Assembly (NCBI RefSeq): GCF_963921235.1
Contig: NC_086110.1
Location: forward strand, 23,498,001 to 23,562,000
Reading direction: 5' to 3'
Length of the DNA stretch: 64,000 bases
DNA from: Mobula hypostoma
Lineage: Eukaryota
Shown: positions 23,860 to 35,322 of the stretch, one piece after another
Layout of the letters: each line of letters begins with the position of its first letter
Numbering within the stretch: the first letter of the stretch is position 1
Translations under genes and position numbers: made by a program
Notes under the pieces: generated by a model
Told to the model about the DNA's origin: nothing
Databases searched by the model: none
Seen by the model: only the letters and a program-made list of their open reading frames with translations

Positions 23860-24650
23860 TTCCCTTCATATTTCATCTTTTCTCCCTTTATGGCTTTTTA
23901 GTTGCCTTCTGTTGGTTTTTAAAAACTTCTCAATCTTCTACCTCCCCACTCATTTTTGCTGTACTACATACCCTCTCTTTTATTTTATGCTGTCTTTAAC
24001 TTCCCTAATCAGCCACAGTTACCTCATCTTCCCTTTAGAATACTTATTCAACTTGGGGATATATCTGTCCTGTGCCTTCTGAATTGCCCCCCAGAAACTC
24101 CAGCCAACACTGTTCTGCCATCATCCTTGATAGCATTGACTTCTAATTAACTTTTCCCAGTTCCTCTTTCATGTCTCTCTAGTTCCCTTTACTCCACTGT
24201 AGTACTGATACATCCAATGTTAACCTCTCCTTCTCAAGCCGCAGGGTAAATTGTATCATATTATGATGACTGCCTCCTGAGGGTTTATTTACCTTAAGCT
24301 CCCTTATCAAATCTGGGTCATTACGTAACACCTAATCCAGAACTGCCATTTCCCTGGTGGGCTCAACCACAGACTGCTCTAAAAAGCCATCTCGTAGGCA
24401 TCATACAAGTTCCCTCTCTTGGGGTCCAGCATCAACCGGATTTTCCCAATCTACCTGTGTATTGAAGTCCCCCATGATTATCACAACATTGCCCTTTTTA
24501 CATGCCTTTTCTATATCCCATTGTAAATTGTATCCCACATCCTGGCTACTGCATATCTTTTCCATCAGGGTCTTTTACCCTTGCAGTTTCTTAATTCTAC
24601 CCACAAGGGTTCTACATTTTCTGATCCTATATCACCTCTTTCTAAGGTGA
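23860..24650 (-). mobile_element. CR1 LINE endonuclease-region fragment
   Basis: Closely similar to 63450-64000; attgaagtcccccat reads MGDFN on the minus strand, tcatattatgatgact reads SHHNMI. Confidence 0.88.
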
Positions 24651-26130
24651 CTGTCTACTGTCTCTTTACATTTGACCTACCAAGATGCAACATTTCTCAT
24701 CTAGCTGGGTTAAACTCCATCTGCCATTTCTCTGCCCATATCTGCAACTGATCTATATCCCGTTGTATTCTTTGCCTGTCTTCTACGCTATCCATAGTGT
24801 AGCCAAGCTTTATATATCATCTGCAAACTTACTAACCCACCCATCTGCATTTTCATCCAGGTCCCAATACAGATCCCTACAGAACGTCACAAATCACAGA
24901 CCTTCAGCTAGAAGATGTCCCTCTGACCATTATCTTCTGTTGTCAATGGAAGGCAGTTCTGAATGCAAATGGCTAATTAATCGTCGATCCCATGCAGCTT
25001 AATATTCTGGATGAGCCTCCCATGAGGGACCTTGTCAAACGCATTAATATAATTCATATAGACAACATCTACAGCTCTTCTGTCATCAATCACTCTCGTC
25101 ACCTTGTCAAAAAACTCAAAAATGAAGTTAGTAAGACATGACTTGCCCCACACAAAGTCATGCTGACTCTCTCCAATTAGGTCATGATTTTTCAAATGCT
25201 CGTAAATCCTACCCCTAAGAATTCTCTCCAGTAACTTCCCTACTGACATGAGACTTACCAGTTTCCAGGATCATCCCTGGTTCCTTTCTTGAATAATGGA
25301 ACAACATTAGCTACTCACTAGTCCTCTGGAACCTTGTCTATGGCCAGAGAGCACACAAAGTCAAGGTCCAATAAATCTCTTCTCTTGCCTCTCTCAATAA
25401 CCTTGGGTATATCCCATCAGACCCCGGAGACTTAGCCACATTAATGCTGTTTAAAAGACCCAACACTGCCTCCTCCTTTACCTCAAAATGCCCTAGCATA
25501 TCAATAAGCTTGTTACTGATCTCCCCATCCTCCATGTCCTTCTCTTTGGTAAATACTGATGTAGAGTGCTTATTAAGGACCTCATCACCTCCGAGAAAAT
25601 GTCCCCCCCTTTATCCCTGAGTGGTCCTACTTCTCTCCAGATGTCCTGCTCTTAATGTATGGAGAACCCCTTGAGATTCTTTTAAATCCTACTTAGCAAG
25701 GACTTTTTATGGCCCCGCCTGGCTTTCCTAATTTCTTTCTTGAGTTTTTTTTCTAACTTCTTTACAATCCTCAAGGGCTCTGTTTGATTCTAGTTTCCTA
25801 AACTTTACATACTTGACCTTTTCCTTCTTGACTAAGTTCATCACCTCTCTCGACGTACAAAGTTCTCTTACCTTGCCATCCTTGTCCTTTCTTCTGACTG
25901 GAACCCTCCTGTCATGTACTCTGCACAGGTGGTCTTTAAACATCTACAAGTCGGATATGGACTTGCCGATAAATAGATGTTTCCAATTAACATCCAGCGT
26001 AATGTTCTCGTAATTTGCCCTGCTTCAATTTCATACTCTCCCACAAGGACCATACTTATTTTTACCTATAGCTATTTTAAATCTTATGGAACAGTGGCCA
26101 CTTTTCTGTCTAACTGCTCACCCAGTGAAA
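24651..26130 (-). mobile_element. CR1 LINE ORF2 fragment (second subfamily)
   Basis: KSPGSDGIYPRLLREAREEI, VGKLLERILR, SQHDFVWGKSCLTN, AFDKVPHGRL. Confidence 0.92.
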
Positions 26131-27077
26131 GGTCAGTCTTTAAGAAAAATAGTTGCAGGCTGTCAAATGCGTCCTAATATGTGTTGCCCCTTATCCCAGG
26201 AATCATTGTCATAAATTCGTGGATTCTCTGCCATACAGAGCTGCTGGTGGTGAATCATTGAACAAAGTCAGGGCGGTGATGGACAAAGCTTTAGGACCAA
26301 AGAGAGTCTAAGTACAAGCAGGAATGTGAAGCTGAGATGAAGTTTGGATAAGTTATATTATTGAATGATGAAACAGGTGAGAAGGGACATGTGGTCTTTC
26401 CTGCTCCTATCTTTTAAATCAATACATTCTGATAAATATCAGAACAGAGCAATTCATACCAACTTTGTTGCTTAACCTAGAAAATGGTGCCAATTCCTGA
26501 GGCGATGAAAGTGGTCATTTGAGCTGCATGTAGCCTCCTGTTCCCTTGTCCCACTTTCTCTGGTGAAAAGAGAGAAAATCAGCGACCAAAAGTTTCTTTT
26601 TTTGAAGTATTTTGCTGGTGAAGGACACCTGAAGGAAACAAACAGATTGGCTGTTGTTGAGTGAAAAGATGTATGTGTTTATGTTTCTTCTCTTGTTTTG
26701 AATGCATGGGCTGTAATGCTGTGCATTGGCAGTCAAGGATCACCAAGCATGGGGCGGCTCCCTGAAGCTTTGCATTTGTTGAGCTCTCTGCTGACCAACA
26801 AGATTGGATTGCTGTCAGGTAGCAGAAGCAGGTTGCTGCCTGTATGAAATACAACCACAGACATGAGCAGTTACTTTATAGATTCCCACACTGGACTTGC
26901 CAGCAGGAACCGATAGAATTTATGATGCTGGAGCTATGGGTCCTGTCCAATAGTAGGAAGACCAACTGGTTGACACTCTGTTGACAATTCATCGGTGTGC
27001 TTTGCACGATGTTGGGACTGTCCTGGTCACTAGCTTGTGCCTTGTTTTCCACCATGTATATGGTGAATGGGATAGAC

Positions 27078-27268
27078 CAGGGGTAGGCAGCCTTAAGCAC
27101 AAATAATTTTCTAGCATGCGTTATTCATTAATTTGAGGCAAAACATAACTAGATGTATTTAAATGGATAATTCCAATATTTCAAGTTTTTTTTGGCATTT
27201 ATCTGGCCCACCGTTCACTTATTAATATGTGATCTGGCCCACAGAGGCAAAAAGGTTGCCAATCCCTG
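27078..27268. mobile_element. hAT (Charlie-like) MITE, about 190 bp
   Basis: TIRs caggggtaggcagcc / ggttgccaatccctg; imperfect 8-bp flanks ggatagac / ggactgac. Confidence 0.65.
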
Positions 27269-27271
27269 GGA

Positions 27272-27895
27272 CTGACCATAAGATATCTGAGCCAGAATTA
27301 AGCCATTCAGGCATTCAAATCTTCTCCGACATTCAGTCATGGCAGATTTATTTTCCATCTCAACCCAATTTTCCTGTCTTCTCCCCATAACCTTTGACAC
27401 CCTTGCTAATCAAGAGCCTGTCAACCTCTGCTTTTAATGACTTGGCCTTCACAGGTGTCTGTCGCAATGTACTCCACAGGTTCACAACTCTCTAACTTAA
27501 GGGTTCCCAGCCTGGGGTCCACAGACCCCTTGTTTAAAGGTATTGGTCCATGGCATAAAAAAGGTTGAAAAACCCTGCTCTAATTAAAGAAATTTCTTCT
27601 CCATCTCAGTTCTAAAGGGAAACCCTTCTGAGGCTGAGTCCTCTGGTCCTAGACTCTCCCACGATTGGAAGCATCCTCTGCATGTCCACTCTGTCAGGGC
27701 CTTTCAGTATTCAGTAGGTTTCAGTGAGATTCCTATTTGTTCTTCCAAACACCAGCAAGTACAGACCCAGAGCCATTAGACACGCTGCAGACATTAACCC
27801 TTTAATTCCCAGGATCATCTTGTAAACCTCCTCTGGACCTTATCCAATGCTTAAACATTCTTCCTTAAATATGGGAGCTAAAATTGCTCACAATA
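27272..27895 (-). mobile_element. CR1 LINE 3' end
   Basis: gaccataagatat..gaattaagccattc tail and CR1 C-terminal sequence. Confidence 0.88.
27498..27577. mobile_element. 80-bp hAT MITE inserted in CR1
   Basis: Termini taagggttccca / tgaaaaaccctg; 8-bp TSD ctctaact / ctctaatt; sister copies at 32451 and 44496. Confidence 0.8.
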
Positions 27896-27989
27896 GCCAA
27901 TGGAGCTAAAATTGTGAGAATTGTTTTACCATTCTGGAAAGAGAGGTGGAACTAACTTCTTTCATTTATCAGACACTTGTGGTAAAAAC

Positions 27990-28890
27990 ATGCAGACTAA
28001 GAGCGTGGATGGGTCAGGAGATTCGTAGCCTGCTGAGGGCTAGATTTAGATTTAGATTATGAAGACACGCAGTCCTCTTTTATTGTCATTTAGTAAGGCA
28101 TGCATTAAGAAATGATACAATATTTCCTCCGGTGTGATATCACAAAACACAGGACAGACCAAGACTGAAAAAACTAACAAGACCACACAATTATAACATA
28201 TAGTTACAACAGTGCAACAATACCATAACTTGATGAAGAAGTCCATGAGCACAGTAAAAAGTTCAAAGTCTCTCAAATGTCCCACATCTCACGCAGACGG
28301 GAGAAGGAAGAAAAACTCTCCCTGCCATGCCTGACCACAGTCTGACTCTGAGTCATCCGAAAACTTCGAGCCTCCGATCAGCTCTCCGACACCGAGTACT
28401 AAGCGCCATCTCTGTCTGAACGATTCAACCTCAATCTCAGTCGCCAACAGCAGGCAAAGCCGGGGATTTTGAGGCCTTCCCTCCGGAAGATTCCCGACCT
28501 GCGGCATTTAGCACCAAGTGATACAGGGCTACACAAGAGGTCCAGGTATGACCTATAGATGGCTATTTTAAGAGTGAGAAAATAACTCCATTTGAAGTTA
28601 GAGACGGAATCAGATACATGTTGGCCCTGGCAGGCTTTGCAGGCCATTACTTCCTACAAGCTGAAACCTAACATCATGAATGGCTGTGATGCTTCACTCC
28701 CAGATGAGCTCAATACCATTTGTGCATGCTTTGAAACGGAGAGTAAAACTTCACCTGTGCAAATCCCTGCAGCATCTGGTGACCCTGTGATCTCTGTCTC
28801 AGAGGTCGATGTCAGAACATCTTTCAAGAGGGTGAACTCTCGCAAGCCATCAGGCCCAGATAGTGTACCTGGTAAGGCACTGAAAACCTG
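27990..28890 (+). mobile_element. Rex1/Babar-like LINE pre-RT fragment, split by an insertion
   Basis: WQALQAITSYK, DASLPDELN, DVRTSFKRVNSRKPSGPDSVPGKALK. Confidence 0.88.
28045..28497 (-). mobile_element. Young non-autonomous retroelement fragment with (tctaaa)n tail
   Basis: tttagatttagatt tail and tttatt signal; splits the host LINE at gctagat^ctgcggcattt; CpG-rich. Confidence 0.7.
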
Positions 28891-29659
28891 GAAGCCTGAC
28901 AGCCTGGAAATGGGGTGCGAGCCAATGATTGACTCCATTGCTTCTCTGATTGAGGCGTCAAAAAAGATTGAAGTCGATGAGGATGAGAGTGGAAGAGGGG
29001 CGGGTGTTCAGCAGCATTTGCCTGCATTTGACTGGTCTTCCTCTCCTTCTCGCTAGCTGCTATCACAGGAAAGTGCAGGAGCCTTGGGGTCCACATTGAA
29101 AGTATTAATCGGAGAGGCTGTGGAATTGTTTTGGAGGATTTTGATCTTCATGTTGCATGTGTTCCTGGATTCTGGTTACTCTTTTTTTTGCTGTTTTTGA
29201 GTGGTTGATCAAGGTGATCGATGTGGTCTGGGGTGTTTCAGTGAAGAATGCTTTGCCCTACAGCCTGAACTGGGCTAGAAGTGTGACACTGAACTGAACT
29301 AAACTGAATACTACTGGATTCCTGGTTTGACGTTTGATATTCTATGCGTTGCCCACTTCCTTCTTGCTGTTTGCGCAGTTGTTCTTTTTTCACGCATTGG
29401 GTGTTTGGTGTTTTCTTGAACAGCTTTCATGGTGTTTCTTTGTTTCGTGCCTGTGGGAGGACAAATGACAGAGTTGTATTCTGTTTACATAGTTTGATAA
29501 CAATTGTACTTTGAATCTTGAATTTTTGCAGTTGGAGGTTCCCATCCTCAAAAGGGGAATAAATACCAGTACCAAGAAGAGCAGGGTCAGCTGTCTTAGT
29601 GCCTATCACCCAGGTGCACGCACACCTACTGTGATGATGTACCTTAAGAGGTTGGTCAT

Positions 29660-32300
29660 GGCTAGGTAAGGACCTGGACCCACTGCAATTTGCCTCATGC
29701 TACAACAGATCTATAGTGGGTGCAATCTCACTGGCTCTTCACTCGGCCTTTATCAATTGAACATTAGCAATACTTTCGTCTGGCTGCTGTTATTGACTAT
29801 GGCTCAGCTTCAACACCATCATACACTCAGTTTTAATGAACAAACTCCAAAACCTGGGCCTCAGTATTTCCCTCTGCAACTAGATCCTTAACTTCTTCAT
29901 TGGAAGACCACAGTCAGTGCAGGTCGGAAATAACATTTCATCCTCGCTGATGGTCAACACTGGCATGATTAGCCCATTGCCCTACCCTCTCTACACCCAG
30001 GACTGTGTGGCTAGACACAGCTCAAATGCCATTTATAAATTTGCCAATGACACAACTATCGTTGGCAGAATTTCAGCTGGTAACGAGGAGGCGTATAGGA
30101 GTGAGAGTGAGATAGATCAGCTGGTTGAGTGCTGTTGCAAAAACAACCTTACACTCAATGTCAGTACCACCAAGGGATTGATTCTGAATTTCAAGAAGGG
30201 AAAGTTGAGGGGAAGTCCTCACTGAGGGATCAGCAGTGGAAAGGGTGAGCAGTTTCAAGCTCCCGAGTGTCAACGTCTCTGAAGGTCTATCCCAGTCCCA
30301 ACATATTGATGCAATTACAAAGAAGGCACGGCAGTGGCTATATTTCATTAGGAGTTTGAGGAGACTCTAGTACACCTGTGGGGAGCATTCTGACTGGTTG
30401 CATCACCATCTGGGATGGAGGGAGCACTGCACAAGGTTGGGGAAAGCTGCAAACTCAGCCAGCTCTATCACGGGCACTAGTCTCCCCAGCATTGGGGACA
30501 TCCTCAAAAAGCGATGTCTCAAACAGGCTGCATCCATCATTAAGGACCCCCATCGCCCTTTTCTCAGCACTGCCAGCAAGGAGGAGGTACTGGAGCCTGA
30601 AGACATATACTCAACATTTTAGTAACAGCTTCTTCCCGTCCACTTCAGATTTTTGAATGGACAATGAACCCATGTAGACTACCTCACTACCTTATCTTTT
30701 TCCCTTTTTTCTTGCTCTCTTTTTGCACTACTTATTTAATTTTATATATATATATATATATATAATTTATTTATTGTAATTTATAGTTCTTTATTGTTAT
30801 GTACAGGTTTCCCCCGCCATCCAAAGGTAGAGCGTTCCTATGAAACGGTTCGTAAGCCGAAATGTCGTAAAGCGAAGAAGCAATTACCATTTATTTATAT
30901 GGGAAAATTTTGTGAGCGTTTGCAGACCTGAAAATAACCTACCAAATCATGCCCAATAACACATAAAACCTAAAATAACAGTAACATATAGTAAAAGCAG
31001 GAATGATATGATAAATACACAGCCTATATAAAGTAGAAATACTTTTCCCTGCACTGTTCTCCATAGTGAAAATCTCACGCAAGCACTGTTGGCAAAAACA
31101 CGGCGCAAGCGCTCTCCGGTAACCTTTAAGCTATGAAGCTGCCAAATCATACCAAATAACACGTAAAAATACACAGCCGATATAAAGTAGAAATAATGTA
31201 TGTACAGTGTAGTATCACTTACCGGAATCGGGAAGACATTGAGCACACTGATGATGGTGTGTTGGACTGAGTCGGAATTTGGGTGGTGCAGTGGCCCCCA
31301 CCCTCTAGGCCGCCGACAGATACTGAACTGTGAAACACGCAGGGGTCCAGCGGTAGCCGGGAGCCACACAGCACATCTTTAAGAAAAAAGCCGAAATAAA
31401 CATGCTAATTAATTAGGTGCTGCCCGACACGTAAATGTCGGCCCAGATCAGAGACGATTGCTGATTGCGTCATCTCTGATCTGGGCCGACAATTATATGT
31501 TGGGCGGCACCTAATTAATTAGCATGTTTATTTTGGATTTTTTCTTAAAGATGTGCTGTGTGCCTCCTGGCTACTGCTGCATTCTCCGCAAATCGGTACA
31601 GTATCTGTCTGCGGTCTGGGTGTTGTGGTGGTGGGACACTGGGGTGTCATCTCGTCATCTGTTTCCATTAGAGCAGTCAGCTCATCTTCTCCTATGACTG
31701 ACCGCCTTGATGTCGAAGATCGAGGTTCGTCGTCTGCTGTAGCTGATGTGGAAAGCTTGCTTGACTGCTGAGCCTCGCGCATTTTTCTATCATACAGTTC
31801 TTTGTAAGGACTCAACCCATCTTGCAAATATCCCCTAAACCTACGTACCCTTTCAAAATTAAAGTCGTACTTTATCATTGCAGCGAAAATCACACGCAGT
31901 TGCTTCACGTTCATTTTGCTAATGACCTTGGTTTCGATTGTTATCCTTTCTTCTTCCAATTGCATCAGGCTTTTAGGCTTTTCCGACACCATAGAACTCA
32001 TCTTGCAAATGACTGCTCACAGGCATGTGGTTAAGCAATGCCCTTCCGAATCCGGGGGAGAGCGGCTGCTCGGGGTGCGCGCTGCCTTTTATCGCACGCT
32101 GATTTTTTTCGCACACTGCTTTTTTTTCGTAACAGTGCAAACACCTTCTGAAAGCAAAAACAGGGTACTAATGTAGGTCTTTCTTAACAGTGAGGTTTCA
32201 TAAAGCGAACGTTCGAATAGCAGGGAACACTTGTATTGCAATGTACTGCTGCCACAAAACAACAAATTTCATGACATATGCTGGTGATTCTATGATTCTG
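29660..32300 (+). mobile_element. Rex1/Babar-like LINE (RT to tail); tail split by the Tigger element
   Basis: LYTQDCVARHSSNAIYKFANDTTIVGRIS, GSILTGCITIW, AASIIKDPH; tail resumes ttgcaatgtactgctgcc at 32236. Confidence 0.9.
30804..32233 (-). mobile_element. Tigger/pogo (Tc1-mariner) internally deleted DNA transposon
   Basis: TA TSDs (30802-3, 32234-5); imperfect TIRs caggtttcccccgc / gcagggaacacttg; ORF 31528-32001 with DFNFERVRRF..LSPYKELYDRKMREAQQS, like Tigger transposase C-termini. Confidence 0.88.
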
Positions 32301-32450
32301 GAAGCAGGACTGACTCTCTGCAAGTGTTATTCAAGATGGTTTCCCTGTACTGTGTTGTTCCTTGATCCTGCTGTTTAATTATCAGATGTTTTTAGTTTAG
32401 ATCCAGTATTAGAAAATGATTTTACTTCTTTTAGAAGCTTCACTCTAGAG

Positions 32451-32528
32451 CGGGGGTCCCCAACCTTTTCTACTCCGTGGTCCAATACCATTAAACAAGG
32501 GGTCTGTGGTCCCCAGGGTGGGAACCTC
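32451..32528. mobile_element. 80-bp hAT MITE copy
   Basis: cgggggtccccaaccttt..aaacaaggggtctgtggtccccagggtgggaacc, preceded by ctctagag. Confidence 0.75.
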
Positions 32529-33289
32529 TACAGGTGGAAAACTGTTTTATTTCTGTCTTGGTTCCTTCAAGCATGTGGAACACCTCCTAGGAAATTGAAA
32601 TGGCTGTTCATGGGATGGACTTGTGAAGTCAACTAGTTTCGGCTTGAAAAAGTATTATGGGCTTAAATTATGCGTCAATGGGTAAACCTGCAAGATTGCA
32701 CTCTCCTCTCTAATTACGCAGGCTTCGCATGTGATGGATCAGTACAATCAATCCTGAGGGCACATGGGACACCAAGTAACAGGCTGCCATAACCAGGGGG
32801 TGTACGGCAGTCTGCTCATGCCAGCTGCTACTGGTTGGCCCCAATGGATTTGTTTCAGTGGCGCTCTCAGTTACTCTGTATTGGTGGGTGAATATCGGTG
32901 GGCTAGGCATACCTCCACTCTCTGCTGACTCACGCCAAACTCCTCTGCTTCCAACAGTTCATTCGGATTATTGCTTACGAGGGCTAAAATCCTCAGGGAT
33001 CACACATGCCCCCATGACTGTAGTGATAACAAGGGGTGGATGATGCTAATGTAGAGAGCTTTTGGTCATGGAATTGTTTTATTATTGTCACATGTGGCAA
33101 GCTACAGTGAAAAGTTTGTCTTGTGTACTATTCAAACAGATCAAATCATTACACAGTGCACTGAGGTGAAACAATGACAGTACAGAGTAAAGTGTCACAG
33201 CTACAGACAGTGCGGAGACGGTAAGCAATGAAATGCAAGATCATACTGGGGTAGGTGGTGAGCTTGACTGTCCACCTTATCATACAACA

Positions 33290-33472
33290 GACACACACAA
33301 AATGCTGGAGGAACTCACTAGGCCAGTCTGCACCTATGGAAAGGAGTAAACAGTCACTGTTTTGGGCTGAGACCCTTCATCAGGACATAGATGCTGCTTG
33401 GCCTGCTGAGTTCTTCCAGCACTTTGTATGTGTGTTGCTTGGATGTCCAGCATGTTCAGATTTTCTCGTTTG
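33290..33472. mobile_element. PLE-derived inverted (fold-back) short element with hammerhead-like motif
   Basis: acacacaaaatgctggaggaactca..cccttcatcaggac..gctgcttggcctgctgagttcttccagca. Confidence 0.8.
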
Positions 33473-33539
33473 TTATTGTACACGAGATCCATTTAAGAGT
33501 CCGACAACAGTAGGATAAGCGTGAGCTACATATGTAATC

Positions 33540-33840
33540 AAAGTTCAAAGTACATTTGTTATCAAAGTATGTATACGTTGAGATATGTATCAAGGTATGT
33601 ATACCTTGAGATTTGTCTCCTTACAGCCAGCCACAAAACAAAGAAACCCAAAAGAACCCATAAAGTAAGAAGACCGTCAAACACCCAATGCCCAGAGAGA
33701 AAGAAAAAACAAATAGACTTATAATATTGGAGCTGTCCTTGAGCCTGGTGGTGTTTGCTGTAAAAGTTTTGTACCTTCCTCTTGATGGGAGAGGGCAGAA
33801 GAGAGGATGTCTGGGATGGGTGGGGGTCTTTGATTATGTA
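33540..33840 (-). mobile_element. Rex1-type LINE 3' tail fragment
   Basis: aaagttcaaagtacatttgttatcaaagt tail; minus strand IIKDPHPS..SLLPS. Confidence 0.7.
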
Positions 33841-33949
33841 GGTAGAAGCCAATAGCAGTGCAGTGCAATGAAAGTCAACCAGAAGCCAAGAACAACGTCT
33901 TGGTGGATTTGTGTGTGAAATAAAAGGAGCCAACCATTGAAACTGTAGC

Positions 33950-34027
33950 TGTTGTGGGATGTTTGAGGGAAAACCAATTTCCCCAGGGAGTAATAAAATA
34001 TGACTATGACTATGACTATGACTATAG
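33950..34027 (+). mobile_element. Very short LINE 3' end with (atgact)n tail
   Basis: aaccaatttccccagggagtaataaaat followed by (atgact)4. Confidence 0.55.
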
Positions 34028-34989
34028 GAACAGAAGGTGCAGGCAGAGGAATGCCAATGAACAAAGACTTGGAGGAGGTTAGGAGGTCTGGCTCTCACTA
34101 GGGCAGGAAGGAAAAGAATGAAGGAGGATGATCTGAGGGAGGAGGAGGCGATTTCCGTATGGACTGGCAGAGAAAAGGAAAGGGTGGGGTGAGTACATTG
34201 TTGTCCTGTGATAGGAGTCGGTGGGGGTTGGGTGTTGGACGTGGGAGGGTTACTTATCAGAATGAACCAGAACACATAGGCTGTTGAAAGTCCAAATGCT
34301 ACTTTATCCCTTCCATTTGCTTTTCAGATTTAAAAATTTTAAAACCTCTCAGTTAATTGAAATGCATACATTTTAAAGAAATTACTAAAATAAATTCTGG
34401 AGGCAGCACCCTGGAATCATTTAACACAATTCTGTAAAACAATGGGTCCTTAGCTTACAGTTTTCTTGTGTTTTGCTCTTCAATGTCAGTGAAGAAATCT
34501 GAGTGATTACTGCTTAAGGTAAAAAGTCTGTTTAACTATTTTGTTTTCATAAGTCTAAGACTGATAATTAGGGGCACACTTAACCTGTCAGTTTTTTGTG
34601 AGTTGTGTCAGTTTCTTTTGAATCTTTGAGCTTGTGCTGGCTTCTGGATGTGGTGCGTGTAATTACTGCCACTCCTCAGAAAATTTCCAGCTTCATTTCA
34701 GCTTTATTTTTTCCAAAATGTTCACTTAGCATTGAACTTCCAGTTGACTGAGAAATCAACATTTGTGTGCGAAATGTTGTAAGTCCCAGCTGATGCTGAC
34801 TAACTTGTTGAGAATTTGTCGGGATTAATTTTTCTATGTCACTTTCACTGCCCTTGTGGTGTTTTGTTTTCTCTTTAGTTCGTGAGTCTTGCACCGTTGA
34901 TGTAACTGATGTGGGGTTACTAACTATTGCTCTATTTGTGGTCCATGAATGGATTTGTCTCATTTATGCAGCTTCCTATGTGGTGAATT

Positions 34990-35322
34990 CCAGTATGGGA
35001 ATGTTGCTGGACTAGCAGGTAGAGATCCCAACCATTGATCCAGAGGGCAGATCAAGTGCAATGGTGGGATTTGAAGAATTTAGCTTCAAGTAATTAAATT
35101 TAAGTCAGCAGTTAAAGTTAGCCTCATTAACGATAGTCGTGAAACTACTGGCTTGTGGTTAAAATCTGTCTAGTTCATTAACCTCCTTCAGCAAGGGTTC
35201 TTTCCCTATCTAGTCTAAGTTTGACTCTGGACCCTGAAATCACTCTTCTGTTAAAGGCGAGGTAAGGGTGGATGATAAATGGTGGCATTTTCAGCGATAG
35301 CCGCATCCTCTAGAAGCATAAA
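34990..35322 (+). mobile_element. Degraded SINE sharing its 3' tail with the LINE end at 49.5 kb
   Basis: gatgataaatggtggcattttcagcgatagccgcatcct resembles ggcaataaatactggcttagctggtgacgaccacatcct. Confidence 0.55.

Noticed and set aside
33562-34275. 237-aa minus-strand ORF
   Set aside because: It runs across a purine tract, an (atgact)n LINE tail and a separate LINE fragment, so it is a chance mosaic.
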